From Candidatus Omnitrophota bacterium (GTDB lineage Bacteria; Omnitrophota; Gorgyraeia; Zapsychrales; Fredricksoniimonadaceae), in assembly GCA_028865345.1 (NCBI GenBank), contig JAGWKL010000006.1, positions 2,724 to 66,723 on the forward strand: DNA of 64,000 nt. Reading direction: 5' to 3'. Shown in pieces: positions 17,119-25,972 of the stretch. The notes under the pieces were generated by a model. It was given only the letters and a program-made list of their open reading frames with translations. It ran no database searches and was not told where the DNA came from. The first letter of the stretch is position 1; each line of letters opens with the position of its first letter. The position numbers and the translations under genes are program-made.

Positions 17119-18258
17119 ATGCCGTTGATTTATTTAGACCATGCATCCACCACACCCTGCGACCCCCGTGTCTTCGAGGCCATGCGTCCTTTTTTCTTTG
17201 AGCAGGGCGGCAATCCCGCAAGCCCTCACCAGTCCGGCCGCTGGGCGCGCCGCGCCGTTGAAGAGGCCCGGGAAACCCTGGCAGGCTTCATAGAGGCCCA
17301 AGGCACGGAGATCATTTTTACCGGCGGAGCCAGCGAATCCAATAATCAGGCCGTTTTTTCAACGGCCGCTGGCCTTAAGGGTAGGGGCAGGCATATCGTT
17401 GCCTCGGCCATTGAACACCATTCGGTCCTGGAGCCTCTGCGGCGGCTTAAGCGCGAGGGGTTTGAGGTGAGTTTAATCAAGCCCCGTGCCGACGGGATCA
17501 CGGCGTACGAGGACATCAAATCCGTTTTAAGGACGGACACCATTTTGGTTTGTCTGGTGCATGCCAACAATGAGATCGGCACCCTGCAGCCCGTCGAAGC
17601 AACGGGACGTTTGTGCCGCGAACGCGGCATTCATTTCCTGGTGGATGCGACCCAGACCGTCGGGCACATTCCTGTCAACGTCAAGGACATTTCCTGCGAT
17701 TTCCTTTCCCTTTCCGCGCATAAATTTTATGGCCCCAAAGGTGTCGGGGCTTTGTATGTCCGCCAGGGGATCGAATGCTCCGCCCTTATTTTGGGGGGAG
17801 ACCAGGAACGCGGGCGGCGGGCGGGGACATTGAACACGGCGGGGATCGCGGGTTTGGGCCAGGCGCTGAAACTTTGCGGAGAAGAGATGTCCACTGAGGC
17901 ATCAAGAGAATCAGATTTGCGTGACAGGGTCATTGATGTTGTTTTAAAGGAAATTCCCGCGGCCATTCTCAACGGCCACCGGAACAAGCGCCTGCCCAAT
18001 AACGCGCATTTTTGTTTTGACGGTGTCAACGGCGAGGAATTGGTCAGCGCTCTGGACATGGCGGGGGTGGCCGTGTCCATGGGATCGGCGTGCACGTGGG
18101 GGAGGCTGGAACCTTCGCATGTGCTGAAAGCCTTGGGGCTGGACGACCGCATGGCCTTAGGATCGCTGCGTGTCACCGTGGGACGCCGGACAACTTCAGA
18201 AGATATCGAATATTTCTTGAAACAGTTGAAATTAAAAGCGGAAAAGCTGCGGTCATGA
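17119..18258 (+). CDS. Cysteine desulfurase (IscS/NifS family, class V aminotransferase)
   Basis: The N-terminus IYLDHASTTP is followed by a PLP-Lys region SLSAHKFYGPKGVGALY and a catalytic-Cys loop SMGSACTW. Confidence 0.9.
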   Translation: MPLIYLDHASTTPCDPRVFEAMRPFFFEQGGNPASPHQSGRWARRAVEEARETLAGFIEAQGTEIIFTGGASESNNQAVFSTAAGLKGRGRHIVASAIEHHSVLEPLRRLKREGFEVSLIKPRADGITAYEDIKSVLRTDTILVCLVHANNEIGTLQPVEATGRLCRERGIHFLVDATQTVGHIPVNVKDISCDFLSLSAHKFYGPKGVGALYVRQGIECSALILGGDQERGRRAGTLNTAGIAGLGQALKLCGEEMSTEASRESDLRDRVIDVVLKEIPAAILNGHRNKRLPNNAHFCFDGVNGEELVSALDMAGVAVSMGSACTWGRLEPSHVLKALGLDDRMALGSLRVTVGRRTTSEDIEYFLKQLKLKAEKLRS

Positions 18259-19214
18259 TGCAGGAACAAATCATCCAATTTTTAAAAGAAAGCGACGGAT
18301 ATATTTCCGGCGAGGAGATAAGCGTCAAGCTTAAGATCTCGCGTGCCGCCATCTGGAAGCACATGCAGGAATTGCGCGCCGAAGGATATGAGATCGCCGC
18401 GGTGCCCCATTTGGGTTACCGGCTGGTGGTCTGTCCGGATAAATTGTTGAGTTACGAGATCACCTCCGGCCTGGGCACCAGGACGATCGGCAGACAGGTG
18501 GTAGTCCTGGACACGGTGATCTCCACCATGGATGAAGCTTTCCGGATGGGCATGGATAATTGCCCCGAGGGCGCCGTGGTCTGCGCGGAAGCCCAATCCA
18601 AAGGCCGTGGCCGGCTGGGCCGCGCGTGGAGTTCGCCCAAAGGAAAAGGGCTGTATTTCTCTGTGGTGCTGAGGCCCCAAGTGCCGCTCAATCAATTGGC
18701 GCAGTTGACATTGATGTCGGCCGTGGCCCTGGCCGAGGCCATTGAAACGACCAGCGGCCTTAAGGTGCTTATTAAATGGCCCAATGATATCCTTTTTGAA
18801 AGCCATAAGCTGGCGGGGATTTTGACCGAGTTGCGCGCCGAATCCGACCAGGTCAAATTTGTGGTCCTCGGCATCGGCCTCAATGTCAATTCATCTTTGA
18901 ATCAACTGGCCCCGCAGGCGACCTCCCTGAAGCTGGCCGCAGGACGCAGCTTCAACAGGACGCAGGTCCTCCAGGCTGTATTACGTTGCCTGGATAAGGG
19001 ATACGCGAGGCTTTTGCGCCATGAGTGGCCCACGATCATGCAGGAATGGCTGAAGCACAGCGCCACCATCAACAAGCGTGTGCGGATCACCGATGCCGCC
19101 GGTACCGTCGAGGGTGAGGCCGTTGACCTGGACGGGGACGGCGCCCTTTTGATCCGCAAGGACAACGGTCTTGTCGTCAGGAAAACTGCGGGGGACATTT
19201 TTCTGCTGCGATGA
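18255..19214 (+). CDS. birA: Bifunctional biotin-[acetyl-CoA-carboxylase] ligase and biotin operon repressor BirA. The start was taken at the ATGATG that overlaps the iscS stop.
   Basis: An N-terminal winged HTH (ISGEEISVKLKISRAAIWKHMQELR) precedes the BPL catalytic block GRGRLGRAWSSPKGKGLYFS. Confidence 0.85.
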   Translation: MMQEQIIQFLKESDGYISGEEISVKLKISRAAIWKHMQELRAEGYEIAAVPHLGYRLVVCPDKLLSYEITSGLGTRTIGRQVVVLDTVISTMDEAFRMGMDNCPEGAVVCAEAQSKGRGRLGRAWSSPKGKGLYFSVVLRPQVPLNQLAQLTLMSAVALAEAIETTSGLKVLIKWPNDILFESHKLAGILTELRAESDQVKFVVLGIGLNVNSSLNQLAPQATSLKLAAGRSFNRTQVLQAVLRCLDKGYARLLRHEWPTIMQEWLKHSATINKRVRITDAAGTVEGEAVDLDGDGALLIRKDNGLVVRKTAGDIFLLR

Positions 19215-20362
19215 ACATGGATTTCCTACAAAAAGAACTGCAGGACATCGACGCTTTGGGATTAAGGCGGTCGTTGAAAATATTGGAAGGCCCTCAAGGG
19301 CGGTCCGTTTCCATCGACGGCAGGCAGGTGTCGAATTTTTGTTCCAATGATTATTTGGGTCTGGCCGGCGACCGCCGCATCAGGCTCGCCGCGATCAGGA
19401 CAATCGAAGAATATGGTTTCGGCTCGGGTGCCTCCAGGTTGATATGCGGCAATATGGGGCCGCATGAACAGTTGGAAGAAGAATTGGCGGCCTTCAAGGG
19501 CACGGAAAGCGCCTTGGCCTATTCCAGCGGCTATATGGCCAACACCGGCATCATCCCGGCATTGATGGACCGCCATGCGGCCGTGTTCAGCGATAAATTG
19601 AACCACGCTTCCATTATCGACGGGATCATTCTGAGCCGGGCCCGATTGTTGAGATACCCGCACCTCGATATGCAGGCGCTGGAGGGCATGTTAAAGACTT
19701 GTCCTGCCGGAGGGCGCAAACTCATTGTGACGGACACGGTTTTCAGCATGGACGGGGACAGGGCGCCGCTGAAAGAGATCGTTGGTTTGGGCCGCCGTTA
19801 CGGGGCCCTGGTCATGGTCGACGAGGCGCATGCCTTTGGGGTATTGGGGGAACACGGCGGAGGATTGGCCGAGGAGCTTGGAATTGTCCATGACGTGGAC
19901 ATTCAGATGGGCACCCTGTCCAAGGCCGCGGGATGTTTCGGCGCCTATGTTTGCGGGACAAAAATTTTACGGGAATACTTGATCAACAAAAGCCGCAGTT
20001 TTATTTATACGACGGGCATGCCGCCGGCCCTGGCCGGGGCGGCGCGCGCGGCGGTGCAGATCATCCGTCTAGACGGTTCGTTGCGCCGCAGGCTGCAGGC
20101 CAACTCGGATCACCTGCATGAGCGCTTAAAAGCCATGGGATTTGATGTGATGGGTTCCACCACGCCCATTATCCCTATATTGGTCAAAGATCCGGCGGCG
20201 GCCAAGGCCATGTCCTTGCGGTTGTTGGAGCAGGGGATGCTGGTGCAGGCCATACGGCCCCCAACGGTGCCGACAGGCACCTCGCGCTTAAGGCTGACCG
20301 TGACCGCCGGTCACGACCGGGAGGATTTGGACCGCCTGTTGGCCGCATTCAGGGGTTTATAA
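19211..20362 (+). CDS. bioF: 8-amino-7-oxononanoate synthase
   Basis: The blocks NDYLGLA and a PLP-Lys region GTLSKAAG are present and the overall architecture is that of the AONS family. Confidence 0.9.
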   Translation: MNMDFLQKELQDIDALGLRRSLKILEGPQGRSVSIDGRQVSNFCSNDYLGLAGDRRIRLAAIRTIEEYGFGSGASRLICGNMGPHEQLEEELAAFKGTESALAYSSGYMANTGIIPALMDRHAAVFSDKLNHASIIDGIILSRARLLRYPHLDMQALEGMLKTCPAGGRKLIVTDTVFSMDGDRAPLKEIVGLGRRYGALVMVDEAHAFGVLGEHGGGLAEELGIVHDVDIQMGTLSKAAGCFGAYVCGTKILREYLINKSRSFIYTTGMPPALAGAARAAVQIIRLDGSLRRRLQANSDHLHERLKAMGFDVMGSTTPIIPILVKDPAAAKAMSLRLLEQGMLVQAIRPPTVPTGTSRLRLTVTAGHDREDLDRLLAAFRGL

Positions 20363-20364
20363 AC

Positions 20365-21165
20365 ATGGCTTTTTTTAAAACGCAAAGAGGGCTTGACTGG
20401 CATTATGAAATTTCCGGTAGCGGCGAGCCTGTCGTGATGGTCCATGGCCTGGGGGCTTCGGGGCGCATCTGGCAGGCCCAAAGGGATTTTTTGCACACGG
20501 ATTTTCAGGTGCTGACGGTGGATTTGCCCGGCCATGGCCGCAGCGGCTGGATGCCGGTGAGCTTGACGGAAATGGCCGGGGATATCCGCCAAATCCTTCA
20601 GAGCCTCGACGTCACGCAATTTTCATTGGCGGCCTCATCCATGGGAGGACTGGTGGCCCTGGAGCTTTACCGGATGGCCCCCCAGGACGTCATGCGCATG
20701 TCTTTGGTTGGGTCCGTTCCCAAATTTGCCAAAGGGCCCGGCTATCCGGCGGGCCTGGATCTTGAGAAGATCCGCACCCTGGGCCGTCAATTCGACGGAG
20801 ATTATGCCTTGATGCTGGATGTTTTTTTCCGTTCCCTGTTTACCATGAAGGAACGCCGGTGCGAACGTTTTAAATGGGTGAAGGCCCTGCGCGGCAAAGA
20901 ACCTTTGCCCCGAAGGGAGGCATTGAAATATTTCCTGGATATTTTGGAACAAGCGGACCTGCGCGACCGCCTTGCCTCGGTGATCTGCCCGTTGCAGTTT
21001 ATCACCGGGACGGAGGACTATATCTGCCCGCGTGCCATCATGGATTGGATGTCCGGGCACACGCATAATGCCAGGTTCGATTTCATCGAGGCCGGCGGGC
21101 ATTTGCCGTTTTTGGTGGAAGCGGCGGAGTATAACCGTTTGTTGGAGGATTTCCTGCTTCATTAG
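20365..21165 (+). CDS. bioH: Alpha/beta-hydrolase, probable pimeloyl-ACP methyl ester esterase
   Basis: The HGLGASGRIW motif is followed by the nucleophile elbow AASSMGG. The position between bioF and bioC supports the assignment. Confidence 0.6.
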   Translation: MAFFKTQRGLDWHYEISGSGEPVVMVHGLGASGRIWQAQRDFLHTDFQVLTVDLPGHGRSGWMPVSLTEMAGDIRQILQSLDVTQFSLAASSMGGLVALELYRMAPQDVMRMSLVGSVPKFAKGPGYPAGLDLEKIRTLGRQFDGDYALMLDVFFRSLFTMKERRCERFKWVKALRGKEPLPRREALKYFLDILEQADLRDRLASVICPLQFITGTEDYICPRAIMDWMSGHTHNARFDFIEAGGHLPFLVEAAEYNRLLEDFLLH

Positions 21166-21167
21166 AT

Positions 21168-21941
21168 ATGATTCCGGCCATCGACAGTAAAATACGGCGG
21201 AGATTCGATGCTTCAGCCGGGCGGTATGACCGCTATACGACGCTGCATCGTCAGATCGCGGAGAGGCTTTTGAGCCGCGTGACCAAGATGCCTGCGCCAA
21301 AAATCTGCCTTGACGTGGGCTGCGGCACCGGCTATTTGACGCGCAGGCTTAAGGACTGCTTTCCCCAAAGTGAAATCACCGGCCTTGATTTTGCTCAAGG
21401 GATGCTCGAGGCGGCACGTGTCCAAAATCCCGGTATCGCCTGGATCTTGGCCGACAGCCGCCGTCTGCCTTTTTCCGACGGGCATTTCGATGCCCTGGTC
21501 TCTAATTTGGCCTATCAATGGGCCGCGGACCTTCCGCAGGCCTTTGGCGAGGCGCGCCGGGTATTGGCGTCCGGGGGAATTCTGGCCTGCACCCTTTTTG
21601 GATTTCAGACCTGCCGGGAATTGTTCGAATCATTGGACCAGGCGAAAGCGGGGCAGTTGCAGTTTGCCAGGCTGCCGGACACAAACCAGGTCCGTGAAGC
21701 ATTGACGCTCGGCGGATTCCGAGAGCCCGGCGTTGACAGGGAAGAAATCAAAATTACGTTTAAAGGCATGCATGAGTTGATGCTTTGGCTCAAGGCCGTC
21801 GGCGCCAACAATCTTTTACAGGAAGGTTATCTGGGACCCGAGGCTTTGTTGCGGGCTGCGGCTATTTATAAAGAGAAATTTTCCAATCAACAGGGCGTTG
21901 AGTCCACCTTTGAGGTGATTTGGGTCCATGCTCAAAAATAA
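21168..21941 (+). CDS. bioC: Malonyl-ACP O-methyltransferase
   Basis: The SAM-binding motif LDVGCGTGYLT is present. The gene context within the biotin operon supports the call. Confidence 0.75.
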   Translation: MIPAIDSKIRRRFDASAGRYDRYTTLHRQIAERLLSRVTKMPAPKICLDVGCGTGYLTRRLKDCFPQSEITGLDFAQGMLEAARVQNPGIAWILADSRRLPFSDGHFDALVSNLAYQWAADLPQAFGEARRVLASGGILACTLFGFQTCRELFESLDQAKAGQLQFARLPDTNQVREALTLGGFREPGVDREEIKITFKGMHELMLWLKAVGANNLLQEGYLGPEALLRAAAIYKEKFSNQQGVESTFEVIWVHAQK

Positions 21942-22596
21942 GGTCATTTTTATAACGGCGACGGACACGGGAGCGGGCAAGACGGCCACGTCCTACGTGC
22001 TGGGCGTTTTGTTGCGCAGGCGGGGATATGATGTGGGCATCATGAAGCCTGTCCAGTGTGCAGGCAGGGACGCCCAATTCCTGAAAAAGGCCTTGGGCCT
22101 CGACGACGATTTGAAAACCATCAACCCTTTCTGTGCGCCGGAGCCGTTATCCCCCCATCTGGCGTTTCGGCGCGCGAAGATCACATTTGACAAGCGGCGC
22201 CTGAAGGATTGCTTGAAGATGTTGTGCGCGCGGCATGAAGTGGTCCTGGTGGAAGGCGCCGGAGGCCTGATGGTGCCGATCACCGATTCATATTATACTG
22301 CGGACTTGATCGCTGATTTGAAAGCGGAGGTGGTCATTGTTTCCCGTCTCGGGCTTGGCACCATCAACCATACCCTGCTGACCATTCGTGAAATCAAAAG
22401 GCGCGCGATCAAGATATCAGGCATCATATTTTGCCAGACCAGGCCCGCTCCAAAAGGGGTGCCGGAAAGCACCAATCCGCGGGAAATCGAAAGATTGTCC
22501 GGTGTCAGGGTGCTGGGGACGATCCCGTATTTAAAGCCATTGGACCGGGCGAACATTTTACGCCGATGTCGAAATCTTAAGCTGACTGATTTATAA
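21928..22596 (+). CDS. bioD: Dethiobiotin synthetase
   Basis: The P-loop IFITATDTGAGKT is present. Confidence 0.9.
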   Translation: MLKNKVIFITATDTGAGKTATSYVLGVLLRRRGYDVGIMKPVQCAGRDAQFLKKALGLDDDLKTINPFCAPEPLSPHLAFRRAKITFDKRRLKDCLKMLCARHEVVLVEGAGGLMVPITDSYYTADLIADLKAEVVIVSRLGLGTINHTLLTIREIKRRAIKISGIIFCQTRPAPKGVPESTNPREIERLSGVRVLGTIPYLKPLDRANILRRCRNLKLTDL

Positions 22597-22642
22597 GAGA
22601 TATGCATACGTAAAAGTTGAAGTAGTCATTTTGTTTGATTGT

Positions 22643-22803
22643 ATGTTCGGCCATTGTATTTTCCGAGCAGGCAGTAGAGGGCCGATTTGGCAAGGTCCGC
22701 CTGCAGCTTTTTCCATACGGCGGCAAATCGGCCCGGGCCCTAGCGAAGACGCGCCGCTGGGCGCGGCGAGCGTGCCTGCGAGGGAAATACAATGGCCGAA
22801 TAT
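22643..22803. repeat. Copy 1 of a ~155-160 bp imperfect-palindromic intergenic repeat (REP/MITE-like), between bioD and bioA
   Basis: It shares about 85% identity with 39871-40026. The left arm TTCGGCCATTGTATTTTCCGAGCAGGCAGTAGAGGGCCGATTTGGCA is complementary to the right arm GCAAATCGGCCC..TGCCTGCGAGGGAAATACAATGGCCGAATAT. Confidence 0.7.
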
Positions 22804-22847
22804 CAAGAGCGAGAAGAATAAGTTTATCCCTATAAAGGGCACATTTT

Positions 22848-24128
22848 ATGAAGAACCGCAGGGCTTATTTAAAGCAATGGGACAAGAAGTACGTATGGCA
22901 TCCCTTTACCCAGATGAAAGACTGGCTGAAGGACGAGCCGTTGGTCATCGATTCCGCCGACGGGATCTATCTCAAAGACATTGACGGCAACGCCTACATG
23001 GACGGCGTCTCCTCCCTGTGGGTCAATGTCCACGGCCACCGCCATCCGCACATCGATGCCGCGCTTAAAAAGCAGGTCGATCGCTTAAGCCATTCGACGC
23101 TTCTGGGATTGGCCAATACACCGTCGATAGAACTGGCCAGACGCCTGGCAGGCATCGCGCCCAGGGGGTTGAAAAAGGTATTTTATTCCGATAACGGCTC
23201 CACCGCCGTTGAAATCGCCCTCAAGATGGCATATCAGTATTGGCAAAATAAGGCCAAGAAAAACAAGACCGCGATGGTCCATTTGAGCCATTCTTACCAT
23301 GGGGACACCCTCGGGTCGGTCAGCGTGGGGGGGATCGACCTGTTCCATAAAGTTTACCGTAAGATTATTTTTAAGACAATCGCTCTCGAGGGCCATGGAT
23401 GGGATGCGGTCGAAAATTTGGAAAAACTGCTGAGGGTCCGAGGCCGGCGTATCGCGGCCCTCGTGGTGGAGCCGTTGGTCCAGGGCGCGGCCGGCATGCT
23501 GGTGTGGCCCCAAGGCGCCCTGAAAAAAATGCGGCAGCTGACACAAAAATATGATGTTTTGCTTATTGCCGATGAGGTGGCCACCGGGTTCGGCCGCACG
23601 GGAAAAATGTTCGCCTGCCAGCATGAGGGCGTCAGCCCGGATTTTCTGTGCCTGGCCAAAGGGTTGACCGGCGGATATCTGCCTTTGGCCGCCACCCTGA
23701 CGACCCAAAAAATCTATGACGGTTTCCTTTTTGACTATAAAGAATACAAGACCTTTTTCCATGGGCACACGTATACGGGCAATCCTTTGGCTTGTGCCGC
23801 GGCCCTGGCCAATCTCGAGGTCTTTCAAAAGGAACGCACCTTGGAAAAGCTCGGCCCCAAGATAAAATTCTTAGGGAAAAAGCTGAAAATGTATTATAAT
23901 TTGCCGCTTGTCGCCGGGGTGCGCCAGGAAGGGTTCATGGCGGCCATTGAGCTTAAAGGAAATCCGGATGACCGCCTGGGCGCCCGGGTCTGCCGGGGCG
24001 TACGCAAGTACGGGGTCATTTTAAGGCCTTTGGGCAATGTGGTTGTGTTGATGCCGCCCTTGGCCATCTCCGCTGAAGAATTGGACTATTTGCTGGCGGC
24101 CGTTTTCAGGGCCATTGAAGAATTATGA
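22848..24128 (+). CDS. bioA: Adenosylmethionine-8-amino-7-oxononanoate aminotransferase
   Basis: The blocks WHPFTQMKDW, FYSDNGSTAVE and a PLP-Lys region are present, matching the class III aminotransferase fold. Confidence 0.9.
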   Translation: MKNRRAYLKQWDKKYVWHPFTQMKDWLKDEPLVIDSADGIYLKDIDGNAYMDGVSSLWVNVHGHRHPHIDAALKKQVDRLSHSTLLGLANTPSIELARRLAGIAPRGLKKVFYSDNGSTAVEIALKMAYQYWQNKAKKNKTAMVHLSHSYHGDTLGSVSVGGIDLFHKVYRKIIFKTIALEGHGWDAVENLEKLLRVRGRRIAALVVEPLVQGAAGMLVWPQGALKKMRQLTQKYDVLLIADEVATGFGRTGKMFACQHEGVSPDFLCLAKGLTGGYLPLAATLTTQKIYDGFLFDYKEYKTFFHGHTYTGNPLACAAALANLEVFQKERTLEKLGPKIKFLGKKLKMYYNLPLVAGVRQEGFMAAIELKGNPDDRLGARVCRGVRKYGVILRPLGNVVVLMPPLAISAEELDYLLAAVFRAIEEL

Positions 24129-25252
24129 AGAACAATAGAGACATAACGGTTTATGTGGCCATGAGCGGAGGGGTGGACTCGTCCGTCGTGGCCGGACTCG
24201 TCAAGGAAGCCGGGTATAATACCGTCGGCGTGACCATGTGCTTTAACATCACCCACAACGACGGCCGGGCGTCCTGTTGCGGCGTTGACGGCATTGCCGA
24301 TGCCAAGCGCGCGGCCGACATCCTGGACATCCCCCATTACGTGTTCAATTTTGCCGCGGACATCAATGACTATATCATCGATAATTTTACCGACGAGTAT
24401 CTCAACGGACGCACGCCCAATCCCTGCGTGCGTTGCAACCAGCATTTGAAATTCGGCACCCTTTATCAGAAGGTCAGGCATTTGGGCGCGGAGTTCCTGG
24501 CCACCGGCCATTATGCCAGGATAGAATTTAACGGCGCGCGCCGTTGCCACGAGTTGAAAAAGGCCATTGATCCCAAAAAAGACCAGTCTTATTTTTTATA
24601 TAGCATGGCCAGAGAGACCCTGCCGTCCGTGATGTTTCCCCTGGGCAACCTCACCAAGCCGCAGGTCAGAGACCTCGCGCGCAGATTTTCCCTTAACACC
24701 GCCGAGAAACCGGAAAGCCAGGACATCTGTTTTGTGCCGGCCAGCGGTTATAAGAAGTTCATCGCAGAGAGGGTAGGCCCTCAAGCCATGGTCCCGGGGC
24801 CATTCATCGATGAAACAGGCAAGGTCATCGGCCAACACAAGGGCCTTGCCCATTATACCATCGGCCAGCGCGATCAATTGGGGCTGGCCATGGGCTATCC
24901 GGTTTATGTTTACAAAATGGACCGCGCCGCCAATGCCGTGCATGTCGGCAATCTCCGGAAGCTTTATGCCGGAGGGCTGAAGGCCGGCAGCATGAATTGG
25001 GTGGGCGGAGAAATTCCTAAAAGAACCATAGAAGTCCATGCCCGAATCCGTTATAATTCTCCTGAAGCCAAAGCTTACTTGACACCCATGACAGGGGGCG
25101 GGGTGGAGGTGCGGTTTGCCCGGCCCCAGAAGTCCGTCACTCCCGGCCAATCCGTGGTCTTTTACGACGGGGACGTGGTGCTGGGAGGGGCCGTTATCGA
25201 CGAGGCCCTGGTCTGCCCGGATGAAGAACTGGTTTTGGCTGATATCCTATAA
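24125..25252 (+). CDS. mnmA: tRNA-specific 2-thiouridylase MnmA
   Basis: The PP-loop motif VAMSGGVDSSV is present together with the catalytic cysteines and NPCVRCN. Confidence 0.9.
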   Translation: MKNNRDITVYVAMSGGVDSSVVAGLVKEAGYNTVGVTMCFNITHNDGRASCCGVDGIADAKRAADILDIPHYVFNFAADINDYIIDNFTDEYLNGRTPNPCVRCNQHLKFGTLYQKVRHLGAEFLATGHYARIEFNGARRCHELKKAIDPKKDQSYFLYSMARETLPSVMFPLGNLTKPQVRDLARRFSLNTAEKPESQDICFVPASGYKKFIAERVGPQAMVPGPFIDETGKVIGQHKGLAHYTIGQRDQLGLAMGYPVYVYKMDRAANAVHVGNLRKLYAGGLKAGSMNWVGGEIPKRTIEVHARIRYNSPEAKAYLTPMTGGGVEVRFARPQKSVTPGQSVVFYDGDVVLGGAVIDEALVCPDEELVLADIL

Positions 25253-25267
25253 GGAGAAACTTGTCCT

Positions 25268-25972
25268 ATGAAAATCACTATCGGCCTTTTGGCATTATTC
25301 ATGGCGGCATCCCCATGGTGCTTTGCCCAGTCCGTCATCAATCCCGCCCGCCTTTATGAACAAGCCAGGGGCACCCAATCCCCGGTGGACGGCGTCTGGC
25401 ATGTGTACGACCGCAACGGGCATTTGTTGAGGGAAGAGAACTACCAGAATTACAGGCTCAACGGGCCGATGAAAATTTTTTACCCTTCCGGCGCCCTGAA
25501 AGAACTGCTGTATTATTCCGACGGCCTGCGCCAGGGAGATGACAAGGCGTATTACGAAAATGGGGGCCTTGAATTTGAGGATAATTATGACGACAATGAC
25601 CTCAACGGCCCCAGCGTGCATTATTACGATACCGGCGAGGTCAAAAGCCGCGAACATTATACCGACGGTAAATTGGACGGGGAAAGGACCGTCTTATATA
25701 AAGACGGCATGGTCAAACAGAGCATGTATTATATCGCCGGCCGGCTTGACGGGGCCGTTGACACCTATGCGGAAGATGGAAAGATCTTAGTCGAAGAGCT
25801 TTATATCAAAGGGAATCTAGTGGCCCACCATGACTACGGCCCCAAAGCCGCGGCAGCCAAAAACGGCATTGAAGCGAATGCCGCGCCGCCGACACCCAAT
25901 AATGCGCCTGCTCCGGCAGACATGCCTACCAAATTAGGCAATACCTCCAATTCTTCTTATGCTAACCCTTAA
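25268..25972 (+). CDS. Secreted MORN-variant / YwqK-like repeat protein
   Basis: A signal peptide precedes repeated Y..G.L.G / YY.(D/N)G motifs (YYENGGLEFEDNY, HYYDTGEVKSREHYTDGKLDG, LYKDGMVKQSMYY). Confidence 0.6.
   Translation: MKITIGLLALFMAASPWCFAQSVINPARLYEQARGTQSPVDGVWHVYDRNGHLLREENYQNYRLNGPMKIFYPSGALKELLYYSDGLRQGDDKAYYENGGLEFEDNYDDNDLNGPSVHYYDTGEVKSREHYTDGKLDGERTVLYKDGMVKQSMYYIAGRLDGAVDTYAEDGKILVEELYIKGNLVAHHDYGPKAAAAKNGIEANAAPPTPNNAPAPADMPTKLGNTSNSSYANP

Noticed and set aside
18090-18254. N-terminal extension of the BirA ORF overlapping iscS
   Set aside because: The extension lies within iscS in another frame. The winged-HTH N-terminus begins cleanly at the ATGATG at 18255 that overlaps the iscS stop.
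22631-22984. Track ORFs 22635-22835 (+), 22631-22984 (+), 22591-22842 (-), 39852-40064 (+) and 39839-40087 (-), encoding similar peptides (..RRACLRGKYNGRI..)
   Set aside because: They arise from the two copies of the palindromic repeat. Similarity between them reflects the DNA repeat, not a conserved protein. Composition is poor and no RBS is present.
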